Below are positions 56,763-64,000 of a DNA stretch of 64,000 nt, one piece after another. The position numbers were made by a program, and so were the translations under genes. The notes below the pieces were generated by a model. It made no database searches. It was given only the letters and a program-made list of their open reading frames with translations, and was not told where the DNA came from. Every line of letters starts with the position of its first letter. Position 1 is the first letter of the stretch. This DNA is from Vulcanimicrobiota bacterium (GTDB lineage Bacteria > Vulcanimicrobiota > JAJTBE01). Location of the stretch: the NCBI GenBank assembly GCA_021107945.1, contig JAIORV010000162.1:7999-71998 (forward strand). The letters are read 5' to 3'.

Positions 56763-58562
56763 ATGAAAAAAAGACTTAACATTTTTCTAATAATGATTGG
56801 AGTAGCCAGCCTCCTGTTGATTGGCAGGCTTGCTTTTTTACAATTAATTATGGGGGATCGCTATGGAAAAATTGCCCGGTTTAATATCATAAGAACCACA
56901 CTTATTACCGCTCCAAGGGGTGAGATAAGGGACCGCAAGGGCAGAGTTCTGGCCTATGACGTGCCCCGCCTGAATGTATGTGCAATTCCCTTCGAGATTG
57001 ATGATGTTGAGAAATTTGCGAAAAAACTGGCCCCCTTAATCGGATATTCGCCGGAGAGAATTGTCAAGATCATCAAAAAGCATAAAGGGAATAAGTTTCA
57101 GGAAATAGTAATCAAGTCCAAGGTGAATACCGAAGTCATGATGAGGGTGGCCGAATATCAGGGCGATATCCCCGGGCTTTACCTGGAAGTTCTCCCCGTC
57201 AGGGAGTATCCGCATGGTGAGATTGCCTCTCATATTATCGGTTATGTGGGTGAAATTACAGGCGAAGAATTAGGTAAGCCCCGATATAGCGGGAGACGCC
57301 AGGGAGATGTTGTTGGGAAAGACGGGATTGAGAAGTATTATGATCAATACCTGCAGGGAAAAATGGGAGAAGTAGAGGAAGTGGTCGATGCCTCCGGTAA
57401 AATCATCAAGGTTCTGGGAAAAACACAGCCCAGACCGGGATATAACCTCTACCTTACCCTTGATTTTGAATTACAAAAAGAGTGTGAGGAGTTATTAAAA
57501 TATTATGTAAAATCTCTCTCAAAGATTAGCGGTGAGCCACTTGCGGGATCCGTAATAATTATGAACAGTAAAACCGGTGAAATATTTGCAATGGTCAGCT
57601 ATCCCGGTTTCGATCCGAATATATTTTCAAAAGGAGTCTCGCGGAAAGATTATCAAAAACTTATCAATCGAAAAGATTATCCCCTTCTGAATAGAAGTAT
57701 TGCAGGAGCATATCCGGCGGCTTCAACATTTAAAATCGTCACAGGTTCCGCGGCACTTCAGGAAGGGATTTGCACAAGATATTCGCCTTTCTATTGTTCC
57801 GGCAGGCATAAGGTGGGGAATCTATATTTTAATTGCTTTGTAAGGGCCGGGCACGGCCCTATTAATTTTCACAAGTCGATATCGGAGTCATGCGATGTCG
57901 TCTTCTATATCCTGGGTGAATCCCTTGGAATAGACAGACTTCTTAATTATTCCCGGCAATATGGTATAGGAAGTAAAACCGATATTGATCTTCCGGGAGA
58001 AATTTCCGGTCTTTTACCTAATCATATATGGAAAATGAAAACACTCAAGGAACCTTGGTACACGGGAGACACCGTTAACCTGTCAATAGGGCAGGGTTAT
58101 CTTGGGATCACACCTTTACAAATGGCGGTAGTTGTCGGGGTGGTGGCAAATAAGGGGTTCATGTACAGGCCTTTTCTTGTAAAGAAGGTGGAAAGACATG
58201 ACAACGTTGTTTTGAAAGTTATCAATCCTGTTATTTCAAAAAGAGTAAAAATAAAACCGGGTCATTTTAATGCAATAAGAGACGGTATGAGGGAGGCGGT
58301 TCTGACAGGAACCGCAAAAAGACTCAATTCGCCGAAGATGAGATTCGCAGGCAAGACAGGCACGGCCGAGAACTTTCCCACGAAGGAAAATCCACATGGC
58401 CGAAATCATACATGGTTTGTTGGGATGGGTCCCTTTGAGGATCCGGAGATTATCCTGGTTGTATTCCTGGAAAAATCGGGCGGTCTTGCGGGAAAGAGAG
58501 CGGTTCCTCTTTCCAGGAGTATATTAAATGAGTATAGGAAGTTGAAAAATGGAAAGAATTGA
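56763..58562 (+). CDS. mrdA: Penicillin-binding protein 2 (peptidoglycan D,D-transpeptidase)
   Basis: N-terminal TM helix, dimerisation domain, then transpeptidase motifs STFK (AASTFKIV), SGR-like, and KTGTA. Confidence 0.85.
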   Translation: MKKRLNIFLIMIGVASLLLIGRLAFLQLIMGDRYGKIARFNIIRTTLITAPRGEIRDRKGRVLAYDVPRLNVCAIPFEIDDVEKFAKKLAPLIGYSPERIVKIIKKHKGNKFQEIVIKSKVNTEVMMRVAEYQGDIPGLYLEVLPVREYPHGEIASHIIGYVGEITGEELGKPRYSGRRQGDVVGKDGIEKYYDQYLQGKMGEVEEVVDASGKIIKVLGKTQPRPGYNLYLTLDFELQKECEELLKYYVKSLSKISGEPLAGSVIIMNSKTGEIFAMVSYPGFDPNIFSKGVSRKDYQKLINRKDYPLLNRSIAGAYPAASTFKIVTGSAALQEGICTRYSPFYCSGRHKVGNLYFNCFVRAGHGPINFHKSISESCDVVFYILGESLGIDRLLNYSRQYGIGSKTDIDLPGEISGLLPNHIWKMKTLKEPWYTGDTVNLSIGQGYLGITPLQMAVVVGVVANKGFMYRPFLVKKVERHDNVVLKVINPVISKRVKIKPGHFNAIRDGMREAVLTGTAKRLNSPKMRFAGKTGTAENFPTKENPHGRNHTWFVGMGPFEDPEIILVVFLEKSGGLAGKRAVPLSRSILNEYRKLKNGKN

Positions 58563-59391
58563 AATTGTAAAGAATATTGTGAAAAAAGCCGGTAGGACAG
58601 CGCTGGATTACTTTGGCAGGACAACAGGCTCTATTAAATCGGACAGGACAATTGTTACATTGGCGGACATCGAAATCGGGAAATTCCTGACACAACAACT
58701 GCAGGGCGAATTTCCCGGCTATGGGATTATTAACGAGGAAATTGATGACGAGGATGTTAATAAAGAAACCCCGGACTTAACTTCATCCACCGGAATACCG
58801 ATCAAACAGGATAATGAATATACCTGGATTATAGATCCCATTGACGGCACATCAAGCTTCTATTGCCGATTACCGGTTTGGTGCATAGCTGTGGGACTGC
58901 TCAAGGGACTTGAGCCTGTTCTGGGTATGATTTATATGCCCGTGATGGATGAATTCTATTATACCGATGAAAATATCCCGGCCTATTTTGAATCCGGACG
59001 TTGGGGCAAGACGGTTATGGATATATCAGGACGCGACGATCATTTTATTGAAGAGTCTTTTCTTGGCATTATTTCAACTTTGCACAAAACTCTTAATGTA
59101 ACCTTCCCCGGCAAAGCCCGCGCTCTTGGAAGCAACTCGGCAAATTTCTGTTACGTTTCCAGAGGAGATGCGGTGGGCGCGTTTATCCGGGGACACCTCT
59201 GGGATCTTGTAATGGGAATGGCAATCCTGAAAAAAGCCGGTGGGAAGATATTTTCTTTAAACAGAAAGCCTGTCGATCTTGCTGAGTTGTTTGACAGAAG
59301 CAGATTAAGCGGGTTTAATATCATAGGCTCTCCTGCGAATGTGGAGAAAATATTGGGGATTACCAAACATAAGGATGACAATTCTATATAG
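58549..59391 (+). CDS. Inositol monophosphatase family protein
   Basis: WIIDPIDGTSSF motif and downstream metal-binding D residues. Overlaps the mrdA stop by 14 nt. Confidence 0.8.
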   Translation: MERIEIVKNIVKKAGRTALDYFGRTTGSIKSDRTIVTLADIEIGKFLTQQLQGEFPGYGIINEEIDDEDVNKETPDLTSSTGIPIKQDNEYTWIIDPIDGTSSFYCRLPVWCIAVGLLKGLEPVLGMIYMPVMDEFYYTDENIPAYFESGRWGKTVMDISGRDDHFIEESFLGIISTLHKTLNVTFPGKARALGSNSANFCYVSRGDAVGAFIRGHLWDLVMGMAILKKAGGKIFSLNRKPVDLAELFDRSRLSGFNIIGSPANVEKILGITKHKDDNSI

Positions 59392-59665
59392 TATCCATTC
59401 ACCGCCCAAATAACAAGAGATTGGTAGGGGTGGCGTCTCGCCGCCCAAGTAACTAAAATGTCTTCTTCGTGAAGGAGAAAAGAAAGTGAAAAGTGAAAAA
59501 TGAAGCTATAACCATTGCAGGAGTTACGTGTTTTATCATTGCGAGGAGCTAACTTTAATGTTCTTTGTCTATTCAGGAGATTGCTTCACTAACACCCGCA
59601 ATGACACCTTTTGCACGATTACTTTGCGTAGGTCCTGTCATTATTTAACTTAAAGGGGACGAATT

Positions 59666-60088
59666 ATGAAAAAATTGATAACATTAATCTTCTGTATTCT
59701 CTTATTGGTTGGATTCGTTTCATGTTCTCAACCCGGAGGTAAAATTAACACTGAAAAAAAGAATTCGGATGACGACCCCGTAAAAGCTTTTGAGAAATTC
59801 GTAAAAGCTATTAAAGATGATGATTTCAAGGCGATCTGGGGTCTCATGTCCAAAGAATCCAGGGAGCAATTCAAACAACAAGGCAAACCCTCTTTTGAAA
59901 AATTCAAGAAAGAGATAGAGAAAGAACTCAGCGACAAAAAGAAAAAAGAGGAGATATTAAGCGCTGTTCCCATAGAAGCCAGGATAACTGCTGAAATAAA
60001 AATCAAGTGCAAAAAAGGGGACACGGAGCGAACCGAGACAATAAAAATGGTAAAGGAAGACGATAAATGGAAAATTAACCTCCGTTAA
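59666..60088 (+). CDS. Hypothetical lipoprotein
   Basis: MKKLITLIFCILLLVGFVSCSQ lipobox. 140-aa K/E-rich protein. Confidence 0.5.
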   Translation: MKKLITLIFCILLLVGFVSCSQPGGKINTEKKNSDDDPVKAFEKFVKAIKDDDFKAIWGLMSKESREQFKQQGKPSFEKFKKEIEKELSDKKKKEEILSAVPIEARITAEIKIKCKKGDTERTETIKMVKEDDKWKINLR

Positions 60089-60172
60089 GGAATTGTCGGT
60101 GTTTACAAATTTTTTTCCGACTATTGCATTTGATTTTCAATTCTGCTATAATGTGAAAACAATAAATGCCCT

Positions 60173-60245
60173 GCGGAAATAGCTCAGATGGTAGAGCATT
60201 AGCTTCCCAAGCTGAGGGTCGCGGGTTCGAATCCCGTTTTCCGCT
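60173..60245 (+). tRNA. tRNA-Gly (anticodon CCC)
   Basis: Cloverleaf GCGGAAA/TTTCCGC acceptor stem, anticodon loop TTCCCAA, T-loop TTCGAAT. Confidence 0.85.
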
Positions 60246-60271
60246 TTTTATTCTGAGTGCAGAAATAGCAG

Positions 60272-60347
60272 GGCGACGTGGCCGAGTGGCTAAGGCAGCG
60301 GTCTGCAAAACCGTTTATCACCAGTTCGAATCTGGTCGTCGCCTCCA
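60272..60347 (+). tRNA. tRNA-Cys (anticodon GCA), with CCA encoded
   Basis: Acceptor GGCGACG/CGTCGCC, anticodon stem-loop GCGGT-CTGCAAA-ACCGT, T-arm ACCAG-TTCGAAT-CTGGT, 3' TCCA. Confidence 0.8.
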
Positions 60348-60353
60348 TACTAA

Positions 60354-60427
<74 letters not shown>

Positions 60428-60429
60428 TT

Positions 60430-60475
60430 AAAGAAGCCCGTGGTTTCAAGCGAATCACGGGCTTTTGGTTTTTAA
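60430..60475 (+). terminator. Rho-independent terminator after the tRNA cluster
   Basis: GAAGCCCGTGGTTTCAAGCGAATCACGGGCTTTTGGTTTTT. Confidence 0.6.
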
Positions 60476-60647
60476 TAAATTGTCTTGTAATGAAGATAAA
60501 ATGAAATAAAAAATTTCCTGAAAAACTCTAAGAAAATAGAAAACGGAAATCCCCTTGGCAATAATAACTTTCAATTTATTCTACTATAAAAGAAAAAAAA
60601 GAGAGTTCGAAAGAACGCCCTTCTTATAATCCAATATAAATTTCCAG

Positions 60648-61076
60648 TTAATTGGTAATAAGTCCACGTCTTGGATTATATTGTGGAAATCCTTCAGTTA
60701 CTGCCTTGATAATCAAGTGATGTATTCCACAGCAGTGGGTTGTAAAGTTATGATAGTCTATACTATCGACCTCATATCCATAAGTCTGGTTATTGCTTGG
60801 GCATCGGGGTTCCGGGTGCATATAAGGTGGGTTTCCCCCCTGCGATTGAAATATCTTTGATTGCCATTCGCCTTCCTTGGGATACTGCCCTGCATCGGTA
60901 TGGTAGATCTCAAGTGCTGAGGCCATATTTCGCAGGTTGGCCTGACAAGCTGTGTATTGGGCTTGATATCTGCCCTTTACCATATGAGGAAGAACAATAG
61001 AAGATAAAATACCAATAATTACAATTACAATCATCAACTCAATCAGAGTGTATCCTTTTTTCTTTTGGTTCTTCAC
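60648..61076 (-). CDS. Prepilin-type N-terminal cleavage/methylation domain protein (type IV pilin / T2SS pseudopilin-like)
   Basis: KKGYTLIELMIVIVIIGILSSIV, i.e. a class III signal peptide (G/FTLIE). Confidence 0.75.
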   Translation of the reverse strand: MKNQKKKGYTLIELMIVIVIIGILSSIVLPHMVKGRYQAQYTACQANLRNMASALEIYHTDAGQYPKEGEWQSKIFQSQGGNPPYMHPEPRCPSNNQTYGYEVDSIDYHNFTTHCCGIHHLIIKAVTEGFPQYNPRRGLITN

Positions 61077-61373
61077 GATTTTACCTCCTCCGGAGATCAG
61101 TTAAAAATAATGATAATAGATATTATTTCGAGCAATCGGGCGATTCCTCCTTTATATTTTACCGGTAAAATATAATTATTATAACAGTGAAGGGAGATAC
61201 CCCGATTTCTCCTTACATTATAATTATAGCATAATGTTTATAAATTGTTAGTTCTTAAATAGAAAAACTTCACTGTTTAACTAAATTATACCCAAAATAC
61301 ATGGAAAATCTCCCTTGCTTGTTAAAAACCGTTTTTTTATCAAATTTTATCGGAAATTTTCATGTTGAAAAAT

Positions 61374-62321
61374 TTATCTAGGCACTTCAACTCTTGACAG
61401 GATGTTCCGGATGATATCATCGGAAGTCATTCCCTCAATTTCAGCTTCCGGTCGGAGCAGGAGCCTGTGTCTTAACACCGGGTAGGCAGATTCCTTGACA
61501 TCATCGGGAATGATGTAATCTCTGCTTCTCACCGCAGCCCTTGCCTTGCTTGACAATAAAAGAGAAATTGCTCCTCTGGGACTTGCTCCCAGCACCACGT
61601 TCGAATCTTTCCTTGTCATATCGTTTATTTGAATAATATATTCGAATATCTCATCCCGGACAGTTACATTCTGGATTTCCTCAAGAATCCGGGGGAGAAA
61701 GTCAATGTAATTCATTTTTTCAAATGCAATTCCATCCAGTTTTCTGGGGTTAAATCCACCATGATATGCCTTGAGGATTTCCACTTCTCTGTCTCGCCCG
61801 GGGTAATCGATTGTTATTTTAAACATAAACCTATCCATCTGTGCTTCAGGCAGAGGGTAGGTTCCCTCGAACTCAATGGGATTCTGTGTGGCAAATACAA
61901 GGAAGAGATCGGAAAGCTTGTTTCTCTCACCTTCTATTGTTACCTGTCCCTCTTCCATCGCCTCAAGGAGCGCGGACTGTGTTTTGGGGGAAGTCCTGTT
62001 TATCTCATCGGCAAGCAGAAGATTTGTGAAAATGGGTCCTTTTTTTAGATAGAATTCACTGGTTTTCATATCAAACACATGAGTTCCAACGACATCGGAA
62101 GGCATCATGTCCGGTGTAAACTGAATTCTTTCAAACGTACATTCGATTATATGCGACAAAGTCTTTACCATCAGGGTCTTTGCAGTTCCCGGCACACCTT
62201 CGAGAAGAACATGTCCCTGTGAAAAAAATGCAATGAGGATATTTTCGATAATTTCCTCCTGCCCAATGATTACCTTGCCGATTTCTTTTCGAAGCTCCTC
62301 GAATATTTTATGAGTCAACAT
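61374..62321 (-). CDS. MoxR-family AAA+ ATPase
   Basis: VIIGQEEIIENILIAFFSQGHVLLEGVPGTAKT (Walker A) and LLADEINR (Walker B). A start at MLTHKIFEEL gives the usual length of about 315 aa. Confidence 0.85.
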   Translation of the reverse strand: MLTHKIFEELRKEIGKVIIGQEEIIENILIAFFSQGHVLLEGVPGTAKTLMVKTLSHIIECTFERIQFTPDMMPSDVVGTHVFDMKTSEFYLKKGPIFTNLLLADEINRTSPKTQSALLEAMEEGQVTIEGERNKLSDLFLVFATQNPIEFEGTYPLPEAQMDRFMFKITIDYPGRDREVEILKAYHGGFNPRKLDGIAFEKMNYIDFLPRILEEIQNVTVRDEIFEYIIQINDMTRKDSNVVLGASPRGAISLLLSSKARAAVRSRDYIIPDDVKESAYPVLRHRLLLRPEAEIEGMTSDDIIRNILSRVEVPR

Positions 62322-62394
62322 GCTTTCGCCAGTTGTCTTTAGTCCAACTGAATCCACAATCGCTCTCCTTTCGATTTTTTTAAACGCAGAGATC

Positions 62395-62468
62395 GCGGAG
62401 TTCGCAGAGGATAACCGGAGAAAAAACATTGATACCTCTGTGTTCTCTGTGTCCTCTGTGGTAAAAAA
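62395..62468. repeat. Composite hairpin element: CGCAGAG-ATCGCGGAG-TTCGCAGAGG ... CCTCTGTG-TTCTCTGTG-TCCTCTGTGG-TAA
   Basis: Same triple-heptamer inverted-arm architecture as 39043-39140 and 37592-37680. Confidence 0.7.
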
Positions 62469-62518
62469 ACACCTTCAATAACCGAGATTTTGAGGTTTTT
62501 CGATACCCTCGCCTCCGT

Positions 62519-63652
62519 CTATGCCAATTTGCTTGCTATTTTATCCAGCTCATTGCAGAGTTTTACCAATTCCGCATCGGGAAGGTCTTTCTCTTTCGCT
62601 GCTTTTCGGCATTTTTCAAGGACTGACTCTATAACTCCTCTATCCTCTCCGGGGATATATTTCAATAATTCTATAAACTTTTCATCGGGAGTGTCCGGTG
62701 GAATACGATAAACACCTGCAATTTTACGTTTGAAGCTTCGAATTGCATTGGACAGGGCGAAATCGTGAGTATGCGCCTTCATGAAAAGCCCGGCAAACGA
62801 GTGAATATACTCCGTGGATGTACGCAGTGTATCTTCCTTCAACCTTTTGGGTTTGCCAAAGCGTTTCATTGCTACAAGGTAAAACAAGAAGAGAGCTATC
62901 GACAACTGAATCAGGATCAGGTTCAAAATCGGAGGCATCTTGAAAGCGTTTGATTTTTTACTAAAATTATATCCATGAAGCGATTCATCTATGAGAACTT
63001 TTGTTTTTCCGATATATTTCAATATATTTGTTATTAGAATAGCATTTCCGTCGCTGTCAATACTGCTGTTCTTAAAAATTCCCGGGGCGGAGAAAACAAT
63101 AATTTCTCCTTTGCCAAGTTTAATACGGGCGCATATTATACCATTCTCATCTTCCAGAAGTGTCTCAAATTCATCTTTTTCAGGAATAAGGCGGGTTACT
63201 CCCACATCCTTTACAAACTTGACATTATCGGATACAGCGCCTTCGGGATTCTTCAAATCCGATTGAAGCACATAATCAAGTTTTATTTTTAAAGCTGAAT
63301 AGAGGCCGTTAAAATCATCGGCCGCAAGTAAAACTTTGTTTCCCTTCTTCACCCAGTTTATTAACTTACCGGTATTCTCTTTCCTGATAATGTCAGGATA
63401 AGGTTTGATTATTAAGAGAACGCTGGAGGGGTCATCTTTTAACTCGTCAAAGTCCCTTTCGAAGCGACTGATATTATAATTCATTTTTTTAAGAAGCAGG
63501 TAGAATGCCTTATACCCCCGCTTGCCGGTGTCGTATGTTGTGGGTTTGCTGATAATTGTGCGCCTTCGACCTGACATGACAATTTGAAATACAACCACCA
63601 GGATCAATATTCCCACAAATATTATGCCTGTTATCAGTTTCTTTCTTTTCAA
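62519..63652 (-). CDS. Membrane protein of the MoxR operon (resembles DUF4350-type partner proteins, two TM helices)
   Basis: N-terminal TM helix LITGIIFVGILILVVVF and a second TM helix ILNLILIQLSIALFLFYLVA. It lies immediately upstream of the MoxR gene in the same orientation. Confidence 0.45.
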   Translation of the reverse strand: MKRKKLITGIIFVGILILVVVFQIVMSGRRRTIISKPTTYDTGKRGYKAFYLLLKKMNYNISRFERDFDELKDDPSSVLLIIKPYPDIIRKENTGKLINWVKKGNKVLLAADDFNGLYSALKIKLDYVLQSDLKNPEGAVSDNVKFVKDVGVTRLIPEKDEFETLLEDENGIICARIKLGKGEIIVFSAPGIFKNSSIDSDGNAILITNILKYIGKTKVLIDESLHGYNFSKKSNAFKMPPILNLILIQLSIALFLFYLVAMKRFGKPKRLKEDTLRTSTEYIHSFAGLFMKAHTHDFALSNAIRSFKRKIAGVYRIPPDTPDEKFIELLKYIPGEDRGVIESVLEKCRKAAKEKDLPDAELVKLCNELDKIASKLA

Positions 63653-63987
63653 AGCTTTCTGATTCCCTTCTTACACGAGATGTAAGCGTCATGAAACGAA
63701 TCATAATCCAGTTTCTCGCATGGCTCAAGTGCATAGACTTTATCCTCGAAAATCCTGTTCATACAGGAGAAGCTTTTGCATAAGTCGTCAGTCCCGGCTT
63801 TTTCGATTTTCCTCTGTGTCTCCCTGTTTGTGCGTGTATTATCAAATTCGAGGATTCCCCTGGAATTGAACAATAGGAGAAGTGAGATATAAAGGTGTCG
63901 TATTGCCCTCAGGAATTCTCCCCTTTTTGCGGCGGTTAATCCCTGTTTCTCTCTGGTATTTGGATCGATGGATCCCGCCTCCCCCAT
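63649..63987 (-). CDS. Hypothetical protein (resembles the DUF4129-type first gene of MoxR operons). The 5' end may lie beyond the window.
   Basis: ORF overlapping the downstream gene by 4 nt, i.e. operon-coupled. Confidence 0.35.
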   Translation of the reverse strand: MGEAGSIDPNTREKQGLTAAKRGEFLRAIRHLYISLLLLFNSRGILEFDNTRTNRETQRKIEKAGTDDLCKSFSCMNRIFEDKVYALEPCEKLDYDSFHDAYISCKKGIRKL

Positions 63988-64000
63988 CTCAGAATCAATT

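Overview
This window is a 64-kb chromosomal segment from a low-GC bacterium, probably uncultured or from a candidate phylum, judging by the many TPR, HEAT and ankyrin proteins and lipoproteins. It is almost fully coding on both strands.

Housekeeping and conserved genes:
- a partial RND efflux pump gene at the window start
- a GAF-GGDEF cyclase, mutS, an EEP-family membrane protein, a radical-SAM enzyme
- an RnfC-like subunit and a 950-aa sugar-nucleotide fusion enzyme
- murI, a Crp/Fnr regulator, an APC permease, the B12-dependent class II ribonucleotide reductase nrdJ
- an SGNH hydrolase, a MEMO1-family protein, an MBL hydrolase, ComF, a polyprenyl-phosphate sugar transferase
- an S9 peptidase, PBP2, an inositol monophosphatase
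- a tRNA Gly-Cys-Val cluster
- a MoxR ATPase with partner genes resembling DUF4350/DUF4129 proteins

The most unusual feature is a head-to-tail array of three paralogous genes at 11.8-20.7 kb, each encoding:
- an N-terminal zinc ribbon
- a Ser/Thr kinase domain
- a Pro/Thr-rich linker
- a long ankyrin-repeat array

Two of the three carry a transmembrane helix embedded inside the ankyrin array. One contains a perfect 402-bp internal tandem duplication. All three share a conserved upstream leader block. A four-FHA-domain protein lies about 8 kb away and is a plausible partner.

Other observations:
- A dispersed REP-like palindromic element family (TGTAGGAGGG...CCCCGATAAA) occurs in the non-coding DNA. 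Two of its copies are inserted in frame inside the radical-SAM ORF.
- A family of composite hairpin elements has arms built from triple heptamer repeats.
- An 80-nt hairpin element in two copies shows compensatory stem changes.
- A c-di-GMP module comprises a degenerate GGDEF protein, an HD-GYP phosphodiesterase and a receiver-histidine-kinase hybrid.
- Several orphan subunits and repeat-tailed proteins are present.
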